Origin: Dicyema japonicum
Lineage: Eukaryota; Animalia; Dicyemida
Assembly: GCA_011109175.1 (NCBI GenBank)
Contig: RDEW01000012.1
Span: 1,153,220-1,217,219 of the forward strand
Reading direction: 5' to 3'
Length of the DNA: 64,000 bases
Of the stretch, positions 25,100 through 38,660 are shown piece after piece (the first letter of the stretch is position 1; each line of letters starts with the position of its first letter). A program made the position numbers and the translations under genes. The notes under the pieces were generated by a model. That model worked only from the letters and a program-made list of their open reading frames with translations. It was not told the origin of the DNA and ran no database searches.

Positions 25100-27410
25100 G
25101 AATTAATTAAAATAATATTTTATTATCTTGGATAATGGGGAATATATGCCTGAAAGTTAGTTTTATACTGGAATAACCTATTTAATTCCTAAAAAGGATG
25201 ATTGTGAGACTCCTAAAGACTTACGTCCTATAACGTGTATGCCAACTTTATATAAACTTAATTACCAAATGTGTTAATTCCAAACTCTCAGTTTTGTGGA
25301 TTCGTTTGGTCTATTATCTGACAATCAGCTGGAACGAGGAAACATTGTCAGGGCGCTAAAAAACAGGCCCTTATTAATCAGTGCTTAAAATAAGGAGTAT
25401 GGAAACGCCCTTTATTCTGCTTGGGTGGATGTGAAGAAGGCCTTTGATTCTGTTGACCATGAATTTTTATTTCATGTATTGGACTGTTCAGGAATACCCC
25501 GTTGGATTGTTAACTTTGTAAAGACAATAGTCAAAAGTGGACTGTAAATCTCCACTTAGATGGAAGAAGAATTGGTTCTGTAAAACTGGGACGTGGAATT
25601 CTGCAAGGAGATTCATTATCCCCTCAACTATTTGTTATGGTAATGGAACCCTTGAGCAGGAACCTTAACTTTATGTTCCCAAGACTCCAAATTAATCAGG
25701 AGGATCCTAATACACTGACTTATTCTACAAATCATTTGTTATTCATTGATGACCCAAAGATATTTGGGCTAAAAGAAGATACTGTTGTTAAAATGATGGA
25801 AGTTGTTCGCGTTTTCTTTCATGTTGCCGGCTTGGAGATGAATTCGGAAATGTCACTTTCTAATGTAAAATTGTTATCATGTTGTGAGACTCTGAAAGGA
25901 CTCAGTGGATATCGATATTTGGGTGTTTTTGAAGATGAGGGAAGTAATGTTCTTAAAAGCAAAGTTATGGAGTCCATACTTGAAAATGTTAAGAAGAGAA
26001 TAACCATGCTTTCAAAAAAAAAGTTAAATTCTGTGAACTTGTTTCGCGCAATAAATGAATACGCGATGTCCCTATATAACTATTATATAAGATTAATTAA
26101 TATTAACCTTATGAATTTGATGATATTGACCAACAAATACGGCAACTGCTTACGTCACTCAAGTTGCACCTCAAACCTGCAAATAAAGAGAGGCTGTATT
26201 TGGACAGGAAGACTTTTGGAAGAGGACTTACCTCGATTTCATTAAAGAGCGAATTAATTCTTTTCCAGTTTCTTAAAAGTTTGGAAAAAAACAATCGACT
26301 GTGTGTTTGCGAAGGTCGGGGATTCTGCGAGTAATAAAAACAAAAAAATGGCACTTGGCTACAATCGCAGGATTTCTTGCCTCTAAATATGCAATTGCCG
26401 ACAGGGAAAGCATGGATATTAAGTCCCTCAAGGACACTCAGAAAAAATATTTATTAAATAAAATTTATTGCAGAACACTACACTCAATTATGTTCAAATG
26501 TATTGATGAAACAAATGTCGACCTATATACTTCCTCAGAATGGTTATCCAAAGGAAATAACGGCCCACGGAGCGAAGCATTGTACTGTCTTTTGCAAGAT
26601 AGGAATTTGTTTTTTGCACACACGGGGTCATTATGCAACCATTGTAAAAAAAGCAAGAAAACTGTTGATCATTTGGCCACTCAGTGTGGAAAAATGCTAA
26701 ATAGTGATTATCTCCGAAGACATAATGAAGTGGTAAAGTGCATCCATCTTCATCTTTGTCGAATTTATGGAATCAAAAGAAGCAGGAAATTGAAAGGACA
26801 TTCGGTTCAGTCAATATTGACGAATCAAAATGTCGAAATTAGAGTTGACACGTCGATTTTGACAGAAACAAAAGTCCAATACAATAAACCTGATATTTTC
26901 GTGTATGACAAAATAAAGAAGGAAGTAACGTTAATTGAAGTGGGGATTACCTCACAAGACCGACTAAAGCAAGTTGAAGTTGAGAAACTTCACAAATATG
27001 ACTTGCTAGCAAATGAACTTTCGCTGCTCTATGAATGCCAAGTGAAGATTATTCCAGTGGTTTTGACATGGGATGGAGTTGTCTCAAGATGCTTCAAGAA
27101 TCATATGGATAAATTATCTATTGAAGAATCAACGAGGACTTACATCCAATCGGTTGTACTGAAGAGAACGCTCGAAAGTATGCTCATTGAACATAAGCAT
27201 GGGATGAAGGTATACGATGAAGAGTACGCCTCTGCTACCTCCCAACTTGTGGAACTGGCATGCCGTGAAGACAGCCCACTGGACTCTAACGGAGATATTT
27301 TGACTGAATCTGATGTGGAGATGCGGAGTAACAGGGAGGTTATGGCACACTCTTCTTCTAAGAGAAGAAGAGGGATTACCAACAATCTGGATCAAAATAC
27401 GCTTAATTAA
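25100..27410 (+). mobile_element. RLE-type (R4/NeSL-like) non-LTR retrotransposon, 5'-truncated, frameshifted RT and intact CCHC+RLE ORF
   Basis: LRPITCMPTLYK, DVKKAFDSV, GILQGDSLSP, LFIDD; ORF 26301-27410 with CNHCKKSKKTVDHLATQC, RHNEVV and KPDIF...LIEVGI. Confidence 0.92.
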
Positions 27411-28339
27411 TTAAATGGTTGATTTAATAAAATTATTATTAATTATAAAAACTGTAATTTATGTAATAATTTTAATTTCTTGTGGTTAACTAGTATATTC
27501 ATTATTTTGATATTTAATCCTATAGATGTTCTTTTTCTTCATACTATACCTTACAATCTGCATTTTGACACAAAAATATTGTCAATTAGAAATTAATCAG
27601 TGGAACCGACTGTATTAAATATTAATTATTAAGATATTGATTAATTGTACAGTTTCTGTCCTACACTTTTATTCTTAAATATTTATTTATATATTCAAAA
27701 CATTAAATTTGAAGAGGCTGCCAATTTTTCATTTATTGGACTCAATGTGAGTTTTGTATTAAATATTACTTATCCATAGTTACTTAATGATGAAAGCTTA
27801 AAATATATAAAGAAACGTACTTTTCAAGTTACAATTGAGCTTGTTATATATATTATTAAATTGATAGGACTTTGCAACAATGTAATTCCCTTACATACAT
27901 AGCGATTGATTTTGCTGAACAATTAACATCACTTATACAAATGTACATTTTTTTAATTTATTTAGTTTCTTTCCAGACAGAATAAAAGTTATTCAAGAAT
28001 TTAATGTCAGAGATGTTTTTTTAATAGTATTTTTAATAATAATATAGTGTCATCGTGTGCAGGGATTCATTCGATGATGCAGTGGCGTATGATATTATAT
28101 TTATTATAGATATATATCAAATAAGATATCGAATAATACCATGTATATGTTCGAGAGTAATATCTTTAGACTAAACAGCATGATGACAAGTGAAACACGT
28201 AATTAATAATATAATTTCAGACTGCAGTGCCTTTGTGGATAAGTACAATGTACTTCCTACTTGCGGAGTTTACTAACATTTTACTAACTTAATCGGTTCT
28301 TTTTTCGGGTATATAAATTGGTGTTAATTAATTCAAATT

Positions 28340-30510
28340 TATTATGAATTAAATAATATCCTGGTTGGACAACAGAATCATACATCTCTACTCTTGACTC
28401 GGAAAGAATAACTTCATTAAAAACGACGATGAAATGGATCGAATATGATAGGTGTTAAAGAACAGATAGGTTTCCTTAGATTTATGAATGACGTGAGCAT
28501 TATCCCAATTAATTTATTTAGTTTGATCCCTGTCGACATAATTGTCGCTGAGTTCTTTCTCAAGATTTTCAAGGAGATCAATAATATGAACACAATTGCA
28601 TCTGAGAGAGTCAGGCGTCCAAATTTCTTCAGAATATTCCTCATCCGAGTTTTTAAATATATTGGCACACAACTTCTTTTGTCATCAAATGTCAAACTCC
28701 ACGGATCAACACCCTGTATTTTTTAGAGCTGATCCCTGAATATCGAAGATGTTTTATTTGTCAGCCAATTGCCCCCGTCTGGTTTATTTCATATAATTCT
28801 TTCTGCCTCCGACTTCGAACACATTATCTTCCGATAGTATTTCCAAAAATATGGATTTTTTACATAAAATCTTCTCACCCTCAGACTTTCATATACGGTC
28901 CGTTTAATCTTTCCATTATTAGACATGAAAATCCAATAGTGACCTCAATCTAAATGTGATATGTTGAACCTTAAGAAAACTAGAGTTTTGGATATTCCCA
29001 AATAGGCAGATAGAGCTGTGAAACTAGGAATACGGCGAGTTTGTTCTCAATAAGAAGAATGATTTGGGTCATCTGATGTAAGGATCACATAGCCACGTGA
29101 ATCAGACAATAATATAAACAACGTCCATCCTGATATGTCTTCAAAAACAAATACTAGTTTTCTTCGAATCAAGGTCGTCAATTAAGATGGTATAGGGATT
29201 CTTGTTGTAGAACTCAGAGATATCTGTAGAACAAATCTAAGATTCTTGGAGTATAGACCTCAACAGTAATCCATATTCCCTCGCAACAAACGTCCATGCT
29301 TACAAAATCACACAATAAATGATAAAAGACCTTTGGTTTACGATTTCTAAAGGTAGGCGCGGTAGAAAATAGACATTCACCTATAGCATTTGCTCAAGCC
29401 TTCCATAAAACGTTCACGGAATTGTGTCCCGTCGTACACTTCGAGTTCTTTATTGCATCTCATTGACCACCAAGATGTCGACCTTGGAGGCCCTAGCAAG
29501 TAGTGCTAGTTCATTACGCCTTTTCCTTAGGAATCGGGCATTCACTAGCACTATTTTTAGTCCTCGTTTCAACATTTTGGTAACCTTGCTTCTTTTCAAA
29601 ACCAAGCTTACTATCTCCATTAAATCCATCTGTGTAATCGCCCACAGATAGTTAGGATGTGACATAATCTCTTGATATTTCCGTATATACCTTCTCTGAT
29701 AGATAGATTGAATGGGACGTCATTCGTTTTTTGACTAATTTTTGGTGCAGTCTTTGACGTAACTGTGTTTGCTGTCCACGTTCTCCCAATATTGCCTATT
29801 ATCACTTTTCCATCGTTTTACGTTAATCTACTATGATCAGACTTTTTGGCGACTATACATCCATCATATCTGGCACAATGTGAGGACGATCCACAATTTA
29901 TGCAATTAATTGTGTTCCCAAAAATCTCTCACACGCAAACAGGTCGTGTTCTCCTTCTCAAGTGAGACATCTTGTCTTTTTACAAAATCAATTTATGTGT
30001 CCATAGCTTTGCCAGTTGAAACACCTATGTGGGCTTCTTCTGTACCATTCGTACGTGATCAATGTTGAAACTAAGTCGGAAAAGTGATGTAGCTTCTGCC
30101 TTTGATCCAACTAGAACCTTCACAAGAAGGAGTCTCCATCTGCCTTGTAGAAACGGCATATGCTTGTGTTAGAGGGGGCTAATTCCTTACAAATTCATGA
30201 AGGTCGTTATCATATACCCATAAGGGCAGGTTGTTCAACACAATTTCGGAAGATCTAGTCGGATTTAACTAAAGCAATGGTTTCCAAGATCATAAAGTAA
30301 AGTAGCATCCATATGTTCATAAAAGTTCCTTTGTCTCCTCTTTTCTGAATTCGAGGCGGAAGATCACTGAGCCTTTGTGACTCAATCTGATAATCTGATA
30401 AGTCGAACGAGTACAGCACATTTGAAATTTTGATAGCTCCCATATTCGATGTGACAGAAATCTGTATAAACACATTGCCAGAGAATTCAAAAGCTGGAGG
30501 ATCATGATGA
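28340..30510 (-). mobile_element. CR1-like LINE remnant (ORF1 + APE endonuclease + start of RT)
   Basis: LKIVLVNARFLRKRRNELALLARASKVDILVVNE endonuclease start; RT-proximal segment at 28400-28760; Cys/His ORF1 remnants upstream. Confidence 0.65.
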
Positions 30511-31099
30511 ATATACTACGTTTCAGTTTCTGTAAATGTGCAAACGGTCTGGATCTCGTTTCAACTTTTTCACAGTATTAGCTCCTGTAGCTCCTGGAAA
30601 AGTGATTTTAGTTGAGACTCTGGTGATTGTAGAGTTTGTAACTAATACCCTCTTTGATTTGCTTGTCAGTAAAATTTGCTGAAGTTCGTTGTATCGGTTA
30701 AAGGACGATAGTCAGAAAAGTTTGACTATGAAAGTTACACAGGCATTACTCTGAGTGGGAAAATATCCACTTCAAAAAATCTTAAAGGTGAGGTAATATT
30801 AAATTATTTGCGTGTTATCGTGGTGTCATGTGGCTCACCGGTAAAGTTGTCACCCATTACAAATTGTAACAAAAAGATCCTCCTTCCTCCCCCATCTAAA
30901 TGGACTTGCTTTTGAAATGGTTCCCCTACAAAATAAGTCGAAATAAAGAACCAGCAATTCTTCCTGGCTAAGACAACGAATCGGAATTACAGTTTTACGT
31001 GGAACACATACGCAATTAGTTAAATCTCTTTTTGTTAATAAAATGTTTTCCTTTAAAAAATTGTGTATTTTCTTCAAACATAGGAACGCACAGTAAGTG

Positions 31100-31520
31100 A
31101 ATTAATTGGAATAAAATGACAGGAAGATATTGAGAATTACATAGAAAAGGGATTACAATAAGTGGCTTAAAATTATCATTGAGCTCACTATTGACATTAT
31201 TGAATCAAGATGGAGATTGTTTGAGCACGTGCTTAGAATGGACATAAACGCCGCTGCAAATGTAATAATAAACAATTACTTTAACAATGAGAACAAACTA
31301 TCGTTCAGAGGAAAACCCAGAGTAACTCTAACCGTGGCTCTGAACTTAATGGAATTGGAAGAAATCTGAAGAAGACCTAGAAGATCTACGGACAGATGCG
31401 CAAAGCAGAGGACGATGAAAACTCATAGTGAAGCAAATTTTGAAACGCCGTGCCTTAATTAATATAACGTTCTTTGGTTCTGTGAAAGTGCTTTTAATAA
31501 TAATAATTGAGCTCACTAAC
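31100..31520 (+). mobile_element. RTE LINE 3' end fragment
   Basis: IESRWRLFEHVLRM...FRGKPRVTL, homologous to the 3' end at 1500-1780. Confidence 0.7.
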
Positions 31521-31599
31521 CAAAAATTTGCAATCAGGATTATTGCATTTTGCCACAATATCAAACATCATCTTGATCTGTAGAAAGAGCCTTTAATAT

Positions 31600-34010
31600 G
31601 TTAACGATGCTTGCCCTCCGTGGGGGACAATCACTAGTTTAGAAAATAGACTCAAAGCTATCAAAATTTTAATGAAGAACTTACCCCTTTGGGTTGAGGA
31701 CAGCGAGCTCCTGAACTATCTCAAGTAGATGAACTATCACTACAAAGGTATCTTGAATGTTAAGAGAGGACAGACTTTGCCAATGGCAGGGTCGGTCGGA
31801 CACAAGCAGAGGCCACATCATTAGTCCGCTGCGAGTTTTTCATTTGAAGAAACGTGGTCACTTGCGAATGGATGCGGAGAGGGCCGTTGATTTACTATAA
31901 CTGCCAACAAATCGGACACTTTGCATACCAAGGAGAGGAAGAAGTGCTTCCGATGTGCAAGGACTACGACATCTCCGAATGCAAGATGGATCCAGGATCA
32001 AAAACAAAATGCGTCAACTGTGGGTCTTGTAAACACGGGGCTAAATATGGAGGATGGTTGTAATATTAGAAGCTAAACAAACATGTGATGCGATTCATGG
32101 ATAAATATCGGGGGTCTGTATTCGAAGGATATAAGAAACTGTTCTACAAAGATTAACGAATTTTTTGAAGGAAATACAATGTCTATTCTGGTGGGCGACC
32201 TAAATGCAGAACGTGAGTACGGATGGTGTCCAGACATTTGGCAGACAGACATTTGGCCAACAGTAAATTTGGCACAAATAACTAAGAAATATGACATACT
32301 TTTTATTAGCAGGTAAAAAAGTTAAGATTTACTAAAAGGTTATGAGAAAGCGCACACAAAAATTCTACTGGAGTGTATTCATCATATTTTTCAATAATAC
32401 TGTTTATCCTGTTGTTCACATCCTGGTACTTCTTCTTGATCTTCATAAATCCAACGCTCCGGCCATAACTCGTTCTACTGTGAGCTTCCACTCTGACTGT
32501 TTTTTTCGTATTTTTGCAACAAACCGACAAACGGTTGGATGTTTTATAGACACTCTTTGTGAAAAAGATCTGTGCCATCTTTCAAGTGAATTCGTAGTTC
32601 TTGGGAGGCCTTCTGCCTGTCTGTCGTGTACCTTTTACATTTCCAAACTAAACACTGGTCTTCTTCTCCTTCCACGTGGCAAGGCTCCGATCCATGTTTT
32701 CTCAAAGTAGGTCAGAAAATCTCCCAACACGTCATCAGTCTCGTCATCTATAGTTTCAAGGAGCGCTCGGAAACTCTCAATGACTTGAGGTACAGGAACA
32801 AATGCCAGTGAATACTTTTAATTAAGTTTGCATTTGCTGGGTCATTAGACCTGCAGTCCTAGATTTTGTATTTTTTGCCATAAACACTGCCCAAAGTGAA
32901 AGTAGCAGCCATACACATTTGCATTTGGAAAAATATAAGTTCATCAGTTAGAACATTACCGTCTTGTACGTGCAAGGGTTTCTTTTTTGAGTAGCGCACA
33001 AACAGCATCAATAGGGTATGTGCTTAAACAATTTTGGATAACTGTGGATTTAGATTCTTCAGAATCTCTCACTCTCTTCTTTATCGTATTGACGGTTTTC
33101 AGCCCATGTAAACGTCCTGCATTTGGTGGATGTTCATGTGGATGTTCATGTGGTGTCATAGTTCCATTAAGCTCTTAGTTAACAGTTCTTACTCTGCCTT
33201 TGCATTTTCCTTTCAGCTCACATCTCCAATATATGACATTGTCTCTCTGTCTATCCATAATGTACGCATAGCCATCATGCAGAAGTTTTCTCTTTCCACG
33301 AGTGGTTAGTGTAAATTCTTTTTTACCGTTATTAAAATACATAGTGTATTTCTTGATCATTTATGCTTAATTGAATTGTCGGCTAAATGTCTGTCGGCCA
33401 AATGTCCTAGTACCGTACGGATGGTACAAAACCAATGGTGATTGACGAAGGCTGAAAATCTTGGCTAATAAAGCTGGTTTTAAGTCATGACATCAGATGA
33501 GCCCAACCATTTCTCTCACTATGGTGGAGTCATGCTTGCTGTGTTCTTTGTATCACCGCTACTGTACACCAATGTGAAGCGACCAATAATAATGTGGGAT
33601 ATCGGGAGTGACCATATATCAAAGAAGTGGTCTTCAACCTAGTAACAGATGTCATGGAAGAAGTCTTCATAAATATGGCATATCACATATCGACTTAGAA
33701 CACTATCGTAATTATTTCACATGGAAGCTAAGAAGATATTCTCCAGTGGAAACCGTAAGAAAAGTATTTTCATTTCGCCTATTACCTTGGGACTGATTAA
33801 AAAAAGAAATCGACTGAGAAAGAAGTTAAGAAGATGTGTTGATCGGATGGTCCACATGGAGCTCAAAGAAGAGCCCAATGACAAAAAGAGCCATCGACAG
33901 AGAACGAAAATGGCTATGGATTATAGATAGATGGACGGGGCTACCAAATTGGATCCCAGAGATCCTTCCTTCTGGAAAATTTACAAGAGATTAACTGGTT
34001 AGAGAAATGA
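31600..34010 (+). mobile_element. LINE remnant (gag-like zinc-knuckle ORF1 + APE endonuclease) interrupted by a MULE
   Basis: YNCQQIGH...KCVNCGSCKH; ILVGDLNAEREYG at 32185-32223 resumes after 33416 (YGWYKTNGD...NHFSHYGGVML). Confidence 0.7.
32228..33415 (-). mobile_element. FLYWCH-MULE DNA transposon, internally deleted
   Basis: FLYWCH domain (KLLHDGYAY...IYWRCELKGKCKGR...HEHP); MULE C-terminus (KKKYQDVNNRINSII...EFLCALSHNL); TIRs built of GACATTTGGC repeats; 10-nt direct repeat TACGGATGGT at 32218-32227 and 33416-33425. Confidence 0.88.
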
Positions 34011-34093
34011 TTAAAGCATCGCTCTCAATTGGGGGTGCGAGAAATATTTTTAAAAAATCATAATTACTTGTACATATATGCAAATGATCTTCA

Positions 34094-34393
34094 TTTATTT
34101 ATTAACCCGGATACACCGAGAAAGAAGTTAAAGAAAACAACTAATTAGTGCATCCAGTTTCCACTTCTACAGAAACAGAGTCCATCCGGAATTAGCATAA
34201 AGGGTAAGACGTCCATGACCCCTCAAGTGGAGTGGGGAAGAGCAAATGATCCTTTTTCAAGCCGGCCTGGCACTGAGCGTCACCTAGACAGGTGGATCAC
34301 ATGACGCCACTCTATTAGGAAGAAAGAGAGGAACAGACAAGCAAGCAGAAAATTAAACCAATTAACCACGTATCACCACATGGCGCCACGCGG
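34094..34393 (-). mobile_element. SINE-like family A, copy 3, with TSD
   Basis: 10-bp TSD ATGATCTTCA (34084-34093, 34394-34403) and (TAAA)n tail. Confidence 0.9.
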
Positions 34394-34464
34394 ATGATCT
34401 TCAAATAAAATATATAACAGAGAATTAAATAAATTTATATTTTTATAAATGTTAAAAATGTTAA

Positions 34465-34750
34465 TCGCCATGTAGTGCTTCGTGGCTAATTGGTTGAAGT
34501 TTCTGTTCGTTCGTCTGTTCCTCCTCTCTCTTCTTGTTAGAGTGGCGTCATGTGATCCATCAGTCTGGGTGTCGCCCAGTGCCAGGCTGGCACGAAAAAG
34601 GATCACCCCCACAACACTAGAGCGGTTTCCACAACTGCAAATATGGACGGCTTTTACCCTTTATGTTGATTACGGATGGACTCTGGAAGTGGAAACTGGA
34701 TACACTTAATTAGCTGTTTACTTTAACTTTTTTTTCGGTGTATCCGGACG
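34465..34750 (+). mobile_element. SINE-like family A, copy 4 (more diverged)
   Basis: Same GGCGTCATGTGATCC...GGCACGAAAAAGGATCA core and same 3' end. Confidence 0.85.
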
Positions 34751-34774
34751 AAGATAATTGTTGATGGAATCGAT

Positions 34775-35330
34775 AAACCCCAGTGTGTGTTTTGTGATGC
34801 AATTTTTTATAATTCAAATTTGATACCTTCGAAGCTGAACGGACATTTTAAATCTATCCACGGAGGCAAAACGCTCAGGACTGATCTTGAATGTTTGAAG
34901 GCAAAACGATATCCAAGGAACGCTTCTGAAGCTTGGAATTCCCTATATATACATATCGTCACTTTTTAGCGTCATTCATAATAGCATCGGAAATATTAAT
35001 GATTCTAATACTGGATCGTTTACCCATTTTGCCTCAAAATAGAGAAGATGGACGATAGAGATGGGGATAAAGACAATTTGATTAAAATGTAACATAACTG
35101 AAAATGTTGTATGACTTAAATTCTTTGGAGATTTTTTTGGTGCGGTTCGCAAGTTGGGTTTCCTCAAAAATGCACAGCAAGTTCTGGCTCTGTTTGCAGC
35201 AGATTGCTATGTGAATCTAGATTTTCATCTCTACTACATATAAAAATAAGTACTGGAAAACCCTGAAAACGATCTCAGAATTGCTCAAGCAAACAAAAAA
35301 CCACGTTTTAAAATTAAATAAAACTAAAAG
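34775..35330 (+). mobile_element. hAT (ZBED8/SCAND3-like) deletion remnant
   Basis: PQCVFCDAIFYNSNLIPSKLNGHF; C-terminal CESRFSSLLHIKNK...ENDLRIA. Confidence 0.6.
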
Positions 35331-35639
35331 GCTGGAAAAGTCTGAAAAAACCTAACTAATTTTTTCGAATAAAATTCGAATTTTATTAGATTTAAAATCG
35401 GGGGTGCGAGGTTGGCTTTTAACATTTTTTGGGCTGCGAACTCAAAACAAATCGTGAAACGCTGGATTAATGGAAGATTGTTCTTAACAACCCAGATGGG
35501 GGTTTGCACTCTGAAGAAGAAGCTCATAATTCTTCAAAAGTCAATTGGACAAAATCTATGGAATCAACCCATGTGAACATAAGAATGCAATTATTCACTA
35601 AAAGACCTCAAGGATTTTGAGATGAACTAAAGGAACTAA

Positions 35640-35930
35640 AAGGACAAATAAACATGGTGTGTACGCTGATATTCGCCCAACACATCGTCGAATGTAAGAC
35701 TGAAGTTCAACAAGGTGTCCCCCTGCTCTTCGCCTTGGGTATCGACTGCACAGCATCGACGATGCGAACTCCATTGAACCTCTATACCTGGACGACGCGA
35801 CCGTCGGAGGTAATTAGGAACTTGTGGTGGCAAAAGTTTAGTCCGCCATCTCTGCACTTGGGTTGGAAACCGAACCCGTATAAATGTGAAATTATAAACG
35901 TCGCTTGCGGATAGGAAGACTTCTGCAGTG
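35640..35930 (-). mobile_element. CRE-like RT fragment
   Basis: TQGEEQGDTLLNFSLTFDDVL resembles the RT QQGDPL...FDD segment. Confidence 0.5.
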
Positions 35931-36622
35931 CAGTGGCTGCTATTTCTACTTGTTTCCGCGTATATCTCGGTCACCCAACTCGAAAATGCAATTTTTCTTT
36001 GCTCTCCTCCATTTTGTAATAATGTGTCAGCTCTCCTGGAATGGAAAAAATAATTTCACATCAAATCTACAAACTCTGGATTCCCACATGTCTTTATTCT
36101 TCCTCAGGAATTTTCACCTTACTTCCTTTTCTTCTTGCCACAACTTTTTTTTCTTTTACAGACAGCCCCATGTTTCACGGACATGAACTTTTGGAAAGCC
36201 ATTAATTCAAGTCTGGAAATATTTACAGCGTGAAACTACTTTTTGTGCGTACAAAAAAAGAATTAAATAATTTTATTGGTAACTAGAAAAACACAGCCCT
36301 TCAGACGAGAGTAGGTAATGTTTCCATTACTTAAACCTCACCTAGGAGAACTCACGTTTATTAACCCCATACTTCGAAAAACAAGTCAGCAACAAATTAA
36401 GCGTATCCAGTTCACATGGTGGCCGACGCAGAGAGATGAATCTTTGAATCTTCCCAGAACCAAAAGAAAGGGAAAACACTGTCCCGTTCTTAAATATACA
36501 CGAGACACACCTAAAATATATTTTTATTTATTTACTTAACTGTTTCTAGTTATAATTTAAATGCTGAATATTTTAAATTAAAATACAAAATTTAAATAAT
36601 AAGACTCGTGTTGCATAATTTG

Positions 36623-37199
36623 ATGTGGTCTCAACTATCAATGTATTAATAATTGTGAAAATAAGGAATTTTACTAAGGTGCTCTCATTCAGTCTAATTG
36701 GACTGGGAGTATCTGCCTTCGTGGGCTATTGCGTTTACTTTGATAAAAAACGTAGAAGTGACCCCAAATTCAAGGAAAAGCTCCACAAAAGTAAAAAGTG
36801 GTTATTATCAAAGGACGTGAGAGAAAAACAAAAAAGAAGTCAATTCCTGTACTTTTGTAGTATTACCCAAAGAACCTCGACTTTACAAACCCCAACAGCA
36901 TTGAACAGTTTTTCTACAACGAGATCCATCAGGGAGAGGTCTGTCTCGAGGCGGGAAACAAAGAGGATGCTCTCAATCACCTATCTAACGCTCTGGCCTT
37001 TGCTCCTAACGACGATATTCTCTCTGTTCTCAGTCAGACTCTTCCCCCAGACTTTGTGCAGGAACTAGTTTATATGATTCCTCAGAAGAAAGCGGTTATC
37101 TAGTTTGGTTATAGAAAGGAGTTTGCACAACAACAAATCAAGTTTTCCATGTTCCCCCAACCCCCGCAGTCCACCGTCATAGTTGATGAAGTTGAGTGA
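36623..37199 (+). CDS. TOMM20: Mitochondrial import receptor Tom20, 5 exons, intact
   Basis: Introns 36643-36665 (23 nt), 36791-36813 (23), 36849-36872 (24) and 37095-37118 (24) give a clean frame: MWSQLSMNFTKVLSFSLIGLGVSAFVGYCVYFDKKRRSDPKFKEKLHKRRERKTKKKSIPNLDFTNPNSIEQFFYNEIHQGE...QTLPP...DEVE*. Confidence 0.95.
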
Positions 37200-37819
37200 T
37201 TTTTTGTTATCATTGGTTACTTTCTGAGTGATTTGTTGTTATTATTAAAATCCTCCGTGGATACTTTGAAGACTCTTTAAATGTGAGCTGACAGCATCCC
37301 AATGAGGAGTAAAGCAAAGATGACCTCGCTCGTATCGTCTCCCTTTGTCGGTTTGGGATCGCTTAGTTATATGAGGGAATTGGTTTCAGCATTTCTTGAT
37401 AACATTGGGTCACTGTGAGCCATGCAAGGAAAATGGGGGAGGGGCGTCTTAGAGGCTGGGAATACTTTACTAGTTAGTTTATCAGATATGAGGAGAATGT
37501 GTGGATTTTCAGAAGTTGGAATCCATCCAGATCCTCCCAATTCTTATGGAAAATTCCAAGTCATTGTGTTCCGACTCTCTAGGCAGGATGATTAGGTGAA
37601 AGTCTCCATTATGTTCTTAAATCCACTAGTCTGTTTAGTCTCCTGAAGACACCTGGTGGCTACTTGTATGTCTCTAAGTCTTTGCACAACATGGTTTACT
37701 TAACTGCATAAATTTTTAACATACTTAGATTGCCATCAAATGGAAAATATCTATGTCCTCAATAATTATAGCCTTTTCTCGAGAGTCGTAATTTCTATGA
37801 CTCTGAAGTCCTTCTTGGT

Positions 37820-37990
37820 TGAACGCTTGTTCAAGATGGTCCGATCTGACAATCGTGGGTTCGAATCCGAAAGATGGAGTTTTCAGCAAAGGTCAATTTT
37901 CGTAAGACTGATTCTACCGTGAGGTGACGAGTCTTTCTTGCATGACACAGCGGCTGAAAGGGATCTTCCTGTCTCTCACTTACGAAATCC
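37820..37990 (+). mobile_element. tRNA-derived SINE (family C)
   Basis: B-box GGGTTCGAATCCGAAAGA; homologous copy on the minus strand at 46960-47150. Confidence 0.6.
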
Positions 37991-38139
37991 ACTGGCGAAA
38001 ACTACTATTATGAAAACTCTTTCGTCAAAGAGTGAAGTGATTTCTGAGACGATAGATGTGTGATGAAAATGGAAGAGACTGGACATACTTCTTCATCTCT
38101 CTTCTGCAGCTGAAGCCTGAGTTGATATAGCCGCTTGGC

Positions 38140-38290
38140 TCCATGTGGTCACTTGATTGAAGATTTCTCTTTCTTCCCTCTTGTGGCGTCATTTGATCCA
38201 CCTTACTCAAGAGACGCCCAATGCCTGACCGGTATTCAAAAGATTCATCATTTACAACACTGGGAGACAATTTCGCTTCCTGCCATTGAG
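38140..38290 (+). mobile_element. SINE-like family A, diverged copy 5
   Basis: GTGGCGTCATTTGATCCACC...GACGCCCAATGCC...GGTATT aligns to the family core. Confidence 0.6.
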
Positions 38291-38499
38291 TCCTGCAATT
38301 GACTTCAGCTTCCCAGATAATGAGAAAGGGTTAACAAATACTAAATCCACCTTGAAGAGATGAAGACTGAAGTATACTAAACAAAAACTAAAAAATTAGA
38401 AGGAACTGGGAACGTAACCTCGACGTTCGTCCAGTAGCCACTACCAGGAAACTAATAAATAATTTCAAGAACATAGTTTAACGTTTTTAAATTTTTTAT

Positions 38500-38660
38500 T
38501 TGGTCCAATGACGGCTAAGTTCTTGCGAGAACTCGGAGGATTGCTTGCCAGAAAGAAAAGAATCAACGAGAAGGGTTACGGCTAAGACAAAATATTGGAA
38601 TAGCCATACTCCGAGGAAACTCGTTCGTAAACCACGCAGCAGGCTTCCTCAACTAACATT
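38500..38660 (+). mobile_element. CRE-like 3' end fragment
   Basis: GPMTAKFLRELGGLLA...LRQNIGIAILRGNS. Confidence 0.7.

Noticed and set aside
37200-37800. Possible minus-strand gene downstream of TOMM20 (IIIEDIDIF, Walker-B-like)
   Set aside because: Could not build a stop-free spliced frame or recognise a family.
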